A stretch of DNA of 64,000 nucleotides, taken from the NCBI GenBank assembly GCA_963837955.1, contig CAWIPH010000002.1:896001-960000 (forward strand). Reading direction: 5' to 3'. The translations under genes and the position numbers were made by a program. The notes under the pieces are model-generated. The model was not told where the DNA came from. It made no database searches and saw nothing but the letters and a program-made list of their open reading frames with translations. How positions within the stretch are numbered: the first letter of the stretch is position 1; each line of letters begins with the position of its first letter. The DNA comes from an uncultured Verrucomicrobiae bacterium (lineage in GTDB: Bacteria; Verrucomicrobiota; Verrucomicrobiia; Chthoniobacterales; JAFAMB01). Positions 9,394 through 19,161 of this stretch are shown here, piece by piece.

Positions 9394-9951
9394 CTACATT
9401 CTCGTAGAGGCGGGGACCCAGCGGTATAACGTTGGCACCGACACGCCCAAACTTTGGGCCACATCTCTTGGCGGCGTACCCGAAGAAAGCAACTTCTTAG
9501 CTGCTTTGACCTTGCCTTCGGTCATTCGCCGTTTTCGGCCACCTACACGGCCTTGTCGTTTTGCCGCTTCCAGTCCGGCGCGTGTCCGTTCGATAATCAG
9601 CTCTCGTTCCATCTGCGCAAGACTTGCCATCACGTGAAAAAAGAACCGGCCGGCCGGCGTCTTTGTATCGATGCCATCGGTCAGACTTTTGAAATGTACA
9701 TGGCGCTCTTGGAGTTCATTCACCAGATCAACCAATCCTTTGACGCTGCGTCCGAGACGATCGAGTTTCCAAACAACCAGAGTATCAGTCTCCCGCAAGT
9801 GGGAGAGCGTCTCTCTGAGTCCAGGACGATCTGCCTTAGCGCCACTGACCTTGTCGGTAAAGATCCGTTTGCAGCTGGCTCTTTTGAGCGCCGCTAGTTG
9901 TAGTTCAAGGTTCTGGTCCTCTGTGGACACGCGAGCGTAGCCAATCAGCAT
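9394..9951 (-). CDS. tnpR: Serine recombinase / Tn3 resolvase
   Basis: MLIGYARVSTEDQ, VVWKLDRLGRS and ERELIIERTRAGL motifs; C-terminal HTH LGVSVPTLYRW. Confidence 0.95.
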   Translation of the reverse strand: MLIGYARVSTEDQNLELQLAALKRASCKRIFTDKVSGAKADRPGLRETLSHLRETDTLVVWKLDRLGRSVKGLVDLVNELQERHVHFKSLTDGIDTKTPAGRFFFHVMASLAQMERELIIERTRAGLEAAKRQGRVGGRKRRMTEGKVKAAKKLLSSGTPPRDVAQSLGVSVPTLYRWVPASTRM

Positions 9952-9959
9952 AATTGGAA

Positions 9960-10115
9960 GTTCTGGCCTTATTGTAACATTCTCGATACTCATTAGGAGC
10001 ATGGGGAAACGAGAATTTTATTTCAAGAATGGTTTTCGAGAATGCAAAACCCACCTTTTGACGACTTTGCCCATAGAGTCGCTTTCCTTCTCATAAAGGA
10101 AGGTTTTCAAGAAGG
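9960..10115. other. Putative res site / divergent promoters
   Basis: AT-rich spacer between divergent tnpR and tnpA with repeated TTCTC/TTTC(A/G)AGAA half-sites; canonical position for res. Confidence 0.6.
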
Positions 10116-10120
10116 TCCTC

Positions 10121-12625
10121 ATGCCCCGCCGCGAGCTGCTCACCTCGACCCAGCGAGACGAACTGCTGGCCTTTCCGACCGACGAAACCGACCTACTCCG
10201 ATACTACACGTTCAACACGCACGACCTAGCGGTCATTCGCCGCCGCCGCGGCGACCACAACCGGTTAGGCTTTGCCGTCCAGCTCTGCTACGTGCGTTTC
10301 CCCGGTCGGCTGCTTGCTATCGACGAAGCGCCTTATGCGCCGATCCTGGCAATGGCGGCGGCGCAGTTAAAAGTCCCGACGGGCATCTGGAGTTTCTATG
10401 CGGAGCGCGATCAAACGCGACGCGAACACCTGCTGGAATTACAGGAGCAATTCGGTTATCAGGCCTTCACGGTGGCCCATTACCGGCGGTTCGCGCTCGG
10501 ACTTGACACCTTAGCCGATCAGACGCACCAAGGCATGCGACTGGCCGAGGCGTTGGTAGAGAGTCTCCGCAAAGCCAAAATCATTATCCCGGGAGTACCG
10601 GTCCTCGAGCGTTTGTGCGCGGAAGTGATCGTCCGGGCGCAGCGTCGCTTGTATCGGCAGCTCACGACCCACCTCAGCGAAGATCATAAAAACAAGCTCG
10701 AGGCGCTTTTAAACGTGCGAGAGGGAAGCAGGCAAACCGTGTTGGCTTGGCTGCGCCAGCCTGCCGGTGCCCCTTCCGCGCGTAATCTACTGGCTCATCT
10801 TGAAAGGCTTCAGGCGCTACGCCATGTCGATCTTCCGGTTGAAATCGGTCATACCGTCCATCAAAACCACCTCCTTCGCCTCGCTCGGGAAGGCGCCCAG
10901 ACGACGGTTTACCATTTGAAGGATTTCGAGGTCGAACGTCGTCAAGCCACGTTGGTCGCGATCCTGCTGGATACCCAATCCACGCTCATCGACGAAATTC
11001 TTGACCTGCACGACCGCATGGTCGGAAGCGCATTTGCCAAGGCCAAGCGTGCTTATGAAACCTCGTTTCAGGAAGCGGGTAAGGCGATCAACGAAAAGGT
11101 TCGGCTATACGCCCAGGTCGGCCAGGCGCTGATTGAAGCCAAGGACGCCGGCAGCGACCCTTTCGAGGCAATAGAGCGGGTGGTTTCCTGGGAGCAGTTC
11201 ACTCAAAGCGTCCAAGAGGCCGAAAAACTGGCCCGGCCCGAGGATTTTGACTACCTGGGACTCCTGTCAAATCACTACTCTCAGCTGCGCCGTTACACGC
11301 CCGCTTTTCCCGAGGCCTTCGAGTTCCGAGCCACTCCGGCCGCGCGGAAGATCTTGGACGCCCTCGAGGTGCTTAAACGGCTTTCCGCGAGCAAAGAACG
11401 GTCGGTCCCTGAGGACGCTCCCACAGAGTTTGTCCGCCGTCGCTGGATGCCCCACGTGTTTAGCGAGGGTGGCCTGGATCGCCGATACTATGAACTGTGC
11501 ACGCTCACCGAACTCAGGAATGCGTTGCGTTCGGGAGACATCTGGGTACCGGGCAGCCGGCAATTCAAAGATTTCGAAGACTATTTATTGCCGACAGCGG
11601 ACTTTGAAGCGTTACTCCGCTCCGATAACCTGCCGCTTGTTACCGCCGCAAGCTTCGATCGGTATTGGACAGAGCGAGAGACGTTCTTGCGCCAAGAACT
11701 ACAAAAAGTCGATGAGCTCGCCACACGTCACGAATTGCCCGACGCCGATTTTGTCGATGGTGTCCTCAAAGTAACGCCCCTAACAAGCGCGGTTCCGGAA
11801 GAAGCAGAGGCATTGATACGGCAGGCCTACGCGCTGTTGCCCCACGTCAAAATCACCGACCTGCTTCTGGAAGTGGATCGCTGGACCAGGTTCACCGAAG
11901 ACTTCACCCATTTGAAGAAGGCGGAGCCGGCCAAAGATCGCGCCTTGTTGCTCACCGTCATTTTGGCCGATGCCATCAATCTCGGGCTCAATAAGATGGC
12001 GGAAGCTTGCCCGGGTACCTCCATTGCCAAACTCTCATGGTTATCGGCTTGGCACATTCGCGACGAGGCCTACAGCAAAGCCCTAGCCACGCTCGTTAAC
12101 CATCAGCATCGGCAAACCTTCGCCAGTCATTGGGGTGAGGGCATCACTTCCTCCTCTGATGGTCAGCGCTTTCAGTCCGGCGGTCGCGGCGAAGAAGCCG
12201 GCCAGGTTAACCTTCGTTACGGCACGGAACCTGGCGTGTTGTTCTACACGCACGTATCGGACCAGTACGCGCCCTTCCACACCAAGGTTATCAATGCCAC
12301 CGTCCGTGACGCAACCCACGTACTGGACGGACTTCTTTATCACGAGTCTGACCTACGCATCGAAGAACATTATACCGATACTGCTGGATTCACTGACCAT
12401 GTATTCGCCCTTTGTCATCTGCTCGGCTTCCGGTTTGCGCCGCGGATCCGAGACCTCGCCGACAAGAGGATCTATGTTCTCGAGAAAGCCTCAGCGTATC
12501 CTGCGCTTGCTGGACTTGTCGGCGGCACGCTGAACGTCCGTCTCATCGCCACTCATTGGAACGAGGTCCTTCGGTTAGCGAGCTCGATCTGTTTACGCCA
12601 CAACCTGGAGCTTAGCGTGCTTTAT
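10121..12625 (+). pseudogene. tnpA: Tn3-family transposase with C-terminal internal deletion
   Basis: MPRRELLT, NRLGFAVQL, SSSDGQRF and HYTDTAGFTDHVF motifs; homology stops at LRLASSI (about aa 823); the ORF then reads through the IR to 12772. Confidence 0.9.
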
Positions 12626-12648
12626 TTTCCGTTTCGTGCACGGACCCC
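12611..12648 (-). repeat. 38-bp Tn3-family terminal inverted repeat (tnpA end)
   Basis: Reverse complement is GGGGTCCGTGCACGAAACGGAAAATAAAGCACGCTAAG; the inner part matches the Tn21-type AAACGGAAAATAAAGCACGCTAAG. Confidence 0.9.
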
Positions 12649-12728
12649 TGCTATGATCCAAGCGCGGCGCGCTTTGCCACCTGAGCCATGGCACCACAAC
12701 TGCGCGTGGTCTTTAGGGATAAATGGCA

Positions 12729-13334
12729 CTAATCACAAGGCGACCAGTTCCCGCGCCGCTGGCAATCGATGAAATTTCCGTAAACGTCTGTGTCAACTTC
12801 ACAACACGCATCGATCAAAGCACGCAGTTGAGCCCTACCTCGTTGAACCCTGGATTTTGCCGCTGAAACAGTCAGACCTAGACGCTCTGCCAGTTCGACC
12901 TGAGAGACACCCTGAAAATCGACTAATGTTAGTGCCGACCGATAATGATCCGGCAGCGATTCGGCAAAGACCCGCAGGCATCGCAAGAGATGCGCCTTGC
13001 GGCTTTCCCGTTCTTGAGTGAGCAACGCGATGTCTGGCCCGCTCGAAGAGGTGACATCCTCAAATGAGGTAACCGATTTTTTTGAATGCCTGAAATAATC
13101 TGCAACCACATTCCGAGCGATCCGGAACATCCATCCCCGGAACTTTGCCGGATCGTTCAGAGAAGGTGCAGCTCTCTGGGCTTTGATGAGGACATCTTGA
13201 GTTAAGTCATCCGCCGTCGCTACATCAGTGACTCGAGCCCGGATGAAGTTGCGAATCGCCGCTCGGAGGTTTGCGGCTACTTCGTCCGAGACGAATTCGT
13301 GGCTCTCGCCGGACGTATGAAATGTCTTAAACAT
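12729..13334 (-). CDS. ECF sigma factor, SigZ-like
   Basis: Region 2 ADDLTQDVLIKA...WMFRIARNVVADYFR; region 4 ELAERLGLTVSAAKSRVQRGR; Cys-rich tail CCE...DC; start overlaps the arsC stop. Confidence 0.85.
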   Translation of the reverse strand: MFKTFHTSGESHEFVSDEVAANLRAAIRNFIRARVTDVATADDLTQDVLIKAQRAAPSLNDPAKFRGWMFRIARNVVADYFRHSKKSVTSFEDVTSSSGPDIALLTQERESRKAHLLRCLRVFAESLPDHYRSALTLVDFQGVSQVELAERLGLTVSAAKSRVQRGRAQLRALIDACCEVDTDVYGNFIDCQRRGNWSPCD

Positions 13335-13782
13335 GATTGTCTGCCATCTTGAGACCGGCAGCGTAGGCGCCAAAAGTTTTTGCGATCTCATCTCGCACTC
13401 TCCGAAAAACCGCCAAAACCTCCGCGTTCGAGCCTTTCGCTTTAGCAGGATCATCGAAGCCCCAATGATATCGATGCACCATCCCTGGAAACATCGGGCA
13501 GGCTTGGTCGGCATTTCCGCAAACCGATATGACCGTGTGGACCGGCTGATCGAGGAACTCGTTCAGGTGTTTCGAACGATGCTTGGAGATGTCGATTCCA
13601 ATCTCGTTCATCACCTCAATCGCCAGAGGATGAACTTGGCCCGTCGGTGCCGAACCGGCGCTCTCGACGGTCACCATCTCGCCTGCCTCGGTCCGAAGAA
13701 TTCCTTCGGCGATCTGGCTTCGACAGGAATTGCCCGTGCACAAAATCAGCACGAGCGGTTTTGGTTTGGTCGACATGCTCAT
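13327..13782 (-). CDS. arsC: Arsenate reductase, LMW-PTPase/thioredoxin-type
   Basis: LCTGNSCRSQIAE P-loop, VISVCGNADQACP and HWGFDDPA motifs. Confidence 0.92.
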   Translation of the reverse strand: MSMSTKPKPLVLILCTGNSCRSQIAEGILRTEAGEMVTVESAGSAPTGQVHPLAIEVMNEIGIDISKHRSKHLNEFLDQPVHTVISVCGNADQACPMFPGMVHRYHWGFDDPAKAKGSNAEVLAVFRRVRDEIAKTFGAYAAGLKMADNHV

Positions 13783-13865
13783 AGGATCTAAGCGGTTTGG
13801 CGGTTTTTCTCGTTGTTTCCGATTAGTCTTGTTACGTGCTCCAACCCGAACCGGAGCACGGACAC

Positions 13866-14267
13866 TTATATAGAATTGCTTGCTACGAGGCGACGGAACC
13901 GGCCAGCCCGAGGTATTCCGATGCAGGCCGAAAACCGCGAATCCTTGATAGCTTTCTTCAATCGAACGAGATCCTCTTTAAAGATGGGATCAGAATTGGC
14001 ACATTCGACCAAAGCATTGAGGTTTATCTCGAGTTCAGGGGGCCGGGGAGAAACGATCCGATAGATCTTCCAGGTTTGAGCTCTCTCAAATTCCACGAGA
14101 CCAGCTTTTCGCAAATAGCTTAGGTGCTGGGAAACATTGACCTGCGGAAGCCCGACAACTTCCTGAATATGGCAGACGCAGACTGGCTGTTGGACCAGCA
14201 AATGCAAGATCCGAAGGCGCGTAAAATCCGAGAAAGATTTGTAAATGTCGGTCAGCTGCAGGGTCAC
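13866..14267 (-). CDS. arsR: ArsR/SmtB-family repressor
   Basis: SDFTRLRIL, VCVCHI metal site and VSQHLSYLRKAGLV; GTG start. Confidence 0.9.
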   Translation of the reverse strand: MTLQLTDIYKSFSDFTRLRILHLLVQQPVCVCHIQEVVGLPQVNVSQHLSYLRKAGLVEFERAQTWKIYRIVSPRPPELEINLNALVECANSDPIFKEDLVRLKKAIKDSRFSACIGIPRAGRFRRLVASNSI

Positions 14268-14289
14268 GCGCTAACAGACATCCGCAATC

Positions 14290-14311
14290 TATATAAGTCA
14301 ATTATTATATA
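14290..14311. promoter_or_regulatory. Putative ArsR operator
   Basis: Palindrome TATATAA-N8-TTATATA about 23 nt upstream of the arsR start. Confidence 0.55.
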
Positions 14312-14545
14312 AGCTATCGATATTGGACGATTGAAACGTTCCCGTCATTGGAGTCTAAATGGCGATAGGTACCGATCCTCCGCAGGCAGAGAGCGGCTGG
14401 GACAAACAGGCTTCAAACCAAATGGATCAGCAAATCGGGGCACGGGAACCCCTTGCATGACTCATGGCGCCTCTTCCGGTACACTCAGCGCTACAGGCTA
14501 AGCCATGCTTTCGTTGTCGAGCCGCTCCTTATGATCGAGGATCCG

Positions 14546-15217
14546 TCAATTCATTTGGAATTGAATCGGCAGTTCGTAGGTGCCGCTGGTAGTCGGAGCA
14601 GGCACCCAATTCGCTCTTATCCATCTGACCGCCGCATTCGCCAGGATGGCTGGGCCATTTCCGCGGGCTCCGACAATCTGGCCGCTAGATACCGTAATGA
14701 CCACAGATACATTTCCTGAGACCATCATCTGCACCGCTACACCGGGATAAGGTGGGTTCGGGCGTTGGATAAAGAGACCCGAATGACCTCCTTTACCCGT
14801 TCCTGCTTTTACTCCGTTCGCTATCCCTTTATTGGCCCCGGGCGTGGCTGCCGGGTTTGGGTTGGAGGGAGACGGTTGCTTTACCGGCTTTGGAGAAGGT
14901 TTTGGCCGCGACTGTGGAGACGGGATAGGAGTGGCGCTGGGAGCGGGAATCTCAAACTCCGGCGGCTTATCCAAAGGTGGCGGAGTGGGTTCATCCTCTG
15001 GCGGAGGCGTTGGTTCAGGCTGTGGCGGCTGCTCCTGTTCGGCTTCGGGATCGCCTTTTGGAGGCACGTCGCTAATATCGACATCAGTCAATAGAATGAT
15101 GCCAGGCTCTGCCGGGGTTGGGAACCAATAGCCGGTCAGGACAGCTCCTGCATTCAAAGCGAGCGCCAAAGCAAGAAACCAGATAAAGGATCCTTCGTTG
15201 TGAATCGGTTTTATCAT
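14546..15217 (-). CDS. TonB-like energy transducer
   Basis: Single N-terminal TM segment, Pro/Glu/Lys-rich linker, C-terminal PPYP...GNVSV...LANAA...W...PIQF TonB_C-like domain. Confidence 0.7.
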   Translation of the reverse strand: MIKPIHNEGSFIWFLALALALNAGAVLTGYWFPTPAEPGIILLTDVDISDVPPKGDPEAEQEQPPQPEPTPPPEDEPTPPPLDKPPEFEIPAPSATPIPSPQSRPKPSPKPVKQPSPSNPNPAATPGANKGIANGVKAGTGKGGHSGLFIQRPNPPYPGVAVQMMVSGNVSVVITVSSGQIVGARGNGPAILANAAVRWIRANWVPAPTTSGTYELPIQFQMN

Positions 15218-15601
15218 GCGCAATATTCAGTTTAGGGGCGACGCTCCGGGGGAAACCTCGGTTTTGGAAATGCAGCGAGGCGACCAATGCTGGAATCGCT
15301 CAATCGGTCCCGCGTCGTTCGCTCAGGATTCCGACAAGCTCCAGAGGCCGGGCGACCGCAGATCGCTTGCCTCGTTCGTGGATAAATCTCCGTTCACATA
15401 CCAAGCCATAAAATGAACAACGGTTTTAGTTGACTCGGCGGCACCTCTGATCCGCAGCAGGAGACTCTTTGTGCACAGAACGGGCGATTCCACCAATGCA
15501 AAGAAGATACCTGGATCGAGTGAATTCTCCTCTGAAGAAACGTTACGTTTTCGTAACATTGAGACATGGCCCAGTCATTTTGGCCAGTCGGGCCCAGCGA
15601 T

Positions 15602-15639
15602 TCCCATACGCCCAATATGTCCCATACGTCCCATATGTC
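15602..15639. repeat. Short degenerate tandem repeat of about 9 nt (CCCATAYGT)
   Basis: tcccatacg cccaatatg tcccatacg tcccatatg, downstream of the ThDP gene. Confidence 0.6.
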
Positions 15640-15682
15640 GCAGCGCCACCCGAGCTGAGAGCAGGCTCACTCTCACTAAGCG

Positions 15683-17338
15683 CTACCCTCCCTTGGCAAA
15701 CTGTTGAGCGATTTCTTTGCTGATCGGCAATTCCATTGCCCCGTTGATTCGCACATCCACAACAACCGGCCCATCGGTTACGGCAAATGCTTTATCGATC
15801 TCGCCAAGATCTTCCGGCCGGCGGACCCGGAATCCTTTCGCACCGAATCCCATCGCTAAGCGGTCAAGATCGGGCTGAGGCGTGTCCGCCAGAGTCGGAT
15901 CGATGTGTTTGCGAACGAGATCGTGTTTCTCTTGGCCAACGGCCTGGTCGTTCAGCACGATGACCGTGAGCGGTAGATTAAATGCAACTGCCGTGTAGAA
16001 GTCTGCGACGTTCATCATGAAGGCAGCGTCCGCGGTCACGTGAGTGACACGCTTTCCTGGGCGGGCAAAGCTAGCTCCGATGGCGATAGATAATCCTTGC
16101 CCGATCGAACCGAAATCCCACCCGTTACCCCAGCTATCGGCGTTCGGAGAGGTGAGAATCTGCTGCGCTACCATTCCGGCGTGACCGCCATCAATGACGA
16201 TAATTCGATCCTTCTTCGGTAGCTTATCTTCCAGATACCAGACGGCCCGGCGGGGATCGATAAAGTCGCCGTCCTCGAAGTCCGGGCGTGTTCCGCCGAA
16301 GTTCCTGATCCGTTCCGCCATGGCGGAGTCGGGTTGTCGCGGCTTCTTGTTAGCTGAGCGAAGGCGCTCCAAAAGAGCTGCCACCGTTACACGCGCATCG
16401 CCTTCGAGCCCGACGTCAACCGAAGTGTAGAAACCAAACGCGGTATGTCTGCGGTCGATTTGGATCAATTTCTTATTACGAAGCACCGCCCGATTCTGCG
16501 TGGTCCACGGGTTCAGACTTGCGCCGACCGCAATAATGAGGTCGGCGTTCTCCAGCATCTCAGCAGCCAGCCCATTGCCGAGCCCGCCGCTGACACCGAC
16601 GCAGAGCGGATAGTCTGAGCACATCCCTTTGGCCGGCAATGTGACAGCCAGGGGAGCTCCAAGATACTCGGCCAAAGCTTGCACTTCAGCTTCGGCGTGA
16701 GCGGATCGAGCGCCTAAGCCACAAATCAATGCCGGCGCCTTAGCCGATTCGATCAATCGGATCGCGGCTTCCAGATCATCGGCGCCGGGCGGTTGAGGTT
16801 CCGCCGATTTGTATGAAGGACGATAGACCCAGTTTGGGTCAAGCATATCAGAGGCCTGCACGTCCTGTGGTAAATTAAGAACGAACGGTCCCTCTTTTGC
16901 TTTGAGGTAGCGGAACGCTTCGCCCAGAGCGTAATCGACACTTTTTGGATGATTTAATACTACAGCTGCCTGAGTTGCCTGGAGAGCCATGGCATGCTGG
17001 TCAACTAACCCTTGCATGTTGTAAGGATCACTGAGTGGCGCGTGTCCGGCCAACATGAGTAGCGGTGTGCGATGAGCCCGCGCTGCCACCAAAGAAGTGA
17101 TCGTATTAGTAAAACCAGGACCCTGAGTGGCCGTGGCGACACCGATCTTTCCACTGGCGCGCGCAAAACCATCCGCCATCGAAGTCGCACTCTGTTCATG
17201 CTTCGCTTGAACGAACTTGAACCCATGCCTTCCGCAAAGCTCCGCCACTATGTACATGTTGGCGTTACCCAAAACGCCAAACAGAATGTTGGCGCCCTCC
17301 TGTCTTACTGCTTCGGCGATCGCCTCATACACTTTCAT
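15683..17338 (-). CDS. Thiamine-diphosphate-dependent enzyme (ALS/HACL superfamily)
   Basis: KHEQSA catalytic Glu, TQGPGFTN, and ThDP/Mg motif variant ADAAF-x~22-ND. Confidence 0.9.
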   Translation of the reverse strand: MKVYEAIAEAVRQEGANILFGVLGNANMYIVAELCGRHGFKFVQAKHEQSATSMADGFARASGKIGVATATQGPGFTNTITSLVAARAHRTPLLMLAGHAPLSDPYNMQGLVDQHAMALQATQAAVVLNHPKSVDYALGEAFRYLKAKEGPFVLNLPQDVQASDMLDPNWVYRPSYKSAEPQPPGADDLEAAIRLIESAKAPALICGLGARSAHAEAEVQALAEYLGAPLAVTLPAKGMCSDYPLCVGVSGGLGNGLAAEMLENADLIIAVGASLNPWTTQNRAVLRNKKLIQIDRRHTAFGFYTSVDVGLEGDARVTVAALLERLRSANKKPRQPDSAMAERIRNFGGTRPDFEDGDFIDPRRAVWYLEDKLPKKDRIIVIDGGHAGMVAQQILTSPNADSWGNGWDFGSIGQGLSIAIGASFARPGKRVTHVTADAAFMMNVADFYTAVAFNLPLTVIVLNDQAVGQEKHDLVRKHIDPTLADTPQPDLDRLAMGFGAKGFRVRRPEDLGEIDKAFAVTDGPVVVDVRINGAMELPISKEIAQQFAKGG

Positions 17339-17358
17339 AAAAGCTGGCGGCGCCTTTC

Positions 17359-18693
17359 TTACGCCGTTTTCTGAGCGAGCTTCGCACGTTTATCGATTAC
17401 CCGTTTTGCTTTTCCGACGACGACACGTTCAATACTCCCGGGAGCGAGAACGGTAGCAGAACTAGAGACTCCGACCCAGGCCTTAATTTGACATTGCAAT
17501 ACCTGCGCAAGCCGGTCTCGTTCCGTCGCGTCTCTGTTCTCGCGCAATTCGACGCGCACTTCCAAATCGTCCAGGCGGTCCTCGCGCGTAATAACGAGTT
17601 GATATTGCGGAGCGAACTGAGGTTCCTTTAGAATCAGTTCTTCAATTTGAGAGGGAAATATGTTAACTCCTCGAATGATCAGCATGTCGTCAGTCCGGCC
17701 CAGGATTCGACCGATTCGACGCATCGACCGCGCGGTCGGCGGAAGCAGACAAGCAAGATCTCTTGTCCGATAACGGATAACCGGTAGAGCTTCCCTGGTG
17801 AGCGAGGTGATCACCAACTCCCCTAATGTGCCGTCGGGTAGTGCCTCGCCGCTGATCGGATCGATAATTTCTGGATAAAAATGATCTTCCCAAATCACCA
17901 GGCCATCCTTCGTCTCGACGCATTCGCATGCGACCCCCGGACCCATGACTTCCGATAATCCATAAATATCGACGGCATCAATCGCGAATCGACTTTCGAT
18001 CTCGCGACGGAGCGCTTCTGTCCACGGCTCGGCTCCGAAAATTCCGACCTTTAGGGAACTCTTCGTTGGATCCAACCCTTGCCGTTCGAACTCATCTGCG
18101 ATTGTGAGCATGTACGAGGGGGTTACGAGGATAATTTCCGGGTGCAGATCATTGATTATCTGAACCTGCTTTTCCGTTTGGCCACCCGACATTGGGATCA
18201 CCGCGCACCCTAATTTTTCAGCGCCGTAATGGGCTCCAAGTCCACCAGTAAAGAGCCCGTAGCCATACGAGACCAAGGCCGTTTCCCCCGGTCGGCCGCC
18301 TGCAGCCCGGATTGAGCGCGCCATCAGCCGAGACCAAACGTCGATATCGGTTCGCGTATAGCCGACGACGGTCGGTTTTCCAGTCGTGCCACTGGACGCG
18401 TGCATTCGAATCAGCTCATTTCGGGGCACCGCAAACATCCCGCACGGATAATTTTCCCGGAAATCGTTCTTGGTGGTAAACGGGAATCGCTGGAGATCAG
18501 TCAACTCCTGCAGATCGTTGGGCTGAACGCCGGCAGCCCGAAACTTTTGTTTGTAGCACGGCACGCGATCATAGGCGTGCCCCAAAGACCATCGCAGCCT
18601 TCTCATTTGCAACGATTGCAGCTCGGCTAAGCTGGCTTTCTCGATGGGGTCGAGGTTCGGATCGAGTGTTTGTCTGGTCTGGAGGGGAGACAT
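17359..18693 (-). CDS. paaK: Phenylacetate-CoA ligase
   Basis: HASSGTTGKPTVVGYT, YGLFTGGLGAHYG and DIYGLSEVMGPGV motifs. Confidence 0.97.
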   Translation of the reverse strand: MSPLQTRQTLDPNLDPIEKASLAELQSLQMRRLRWSLGHAYDRVPCYKQKFRAAGVQPNDLQELTDLQRFPFTTKNDFRENYPCGMFAVPRNELIRMHASSGTTGKPTVVGYTRTDIDVWSRLMARSIRAAGGRPGETALVSYGYGLFTGGLGAHYGAEKLGCAVIPMSGGQTEKQVQIINDLHPEIILVTPSYMLTIADEFERQGLDPTKSSLKVGIFGAEPWTEALRREIESRFAIDAVDIYGLSEVMGPGVACECVETKDGLVIWEDHFYPEIIDPISGEALPDGTLGELVITSLTREALPVIRYRTRDLACLLPPTARSMRRIGRILGRTDDMLIIRGVNIFPSQIEELILKEPQFAPQYQLVITREDRLDDLEVRVELRENRDATERDRLAQVLQCQIKAWVGVSSSATVLAPGSIERVVVGKAKRVIDKRAKLAQKTA

Positions 18694-18714
18694 ATTAGAT
18701 CGACTGGTTAGACT

Positions 18715-19161
18715 TCAAGACGAGGGGATCACCTCGCCCGTGACACGATGGGAACGTCCGCGGAACAGCGCGATAGTTCGGCCTTCCTGGTTGGTGACTG
18801 TAATGTCGTAAACGCCGATCCGTCCCAACAGCGCCCGCTCCGCGGCTTCTGCAGTTAACTCGTCGCCCGCCTTGGCCGGAGCCAAGAAGTCGATAGTGCA
18901 GCCGGACGCGACCGTGTTCTGGTTGCGACTATTGCAGGCAAAAGCGAACGCACTATCAGCCAAAGTGAAAACGATTCCGCCGTGACATATGGCGTGACCG
19001 TTCAACATTTCTGGCCGCACGATCAGCACAAGCCGGGCGTATCCCGGTCTAACCTCTCTAATTCGGATTCCTAATGATTGGGAGGCGGAGTCACGAGCGA
19101 ACATGGCCGCAGCTACACGCTCGGCCACCTGCTGTTCGTCCCGGTCAGTTTGCTGACTCAT
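18715..19161 (-). CDS. paaI: Phenylacetyl-CoA thioesterase
   Basis: NGHAICHGGIVFTLADSAFAFACNS hot-dog signature. Confidence 0.96.
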   Translation of the reverse strand: MSQQTDRDEQQVAERVAAAMFARDSASQSLGIRIREVRPGYARLVLIVRPEMLNGHAICHGGIVFTLADSAFAFACNSRNQNTVASGCTIDFLAPAKAGDELTAEAAERALLGRIGVYDITVTNQEGRTIALFRGRSHRVTGEVIPSS

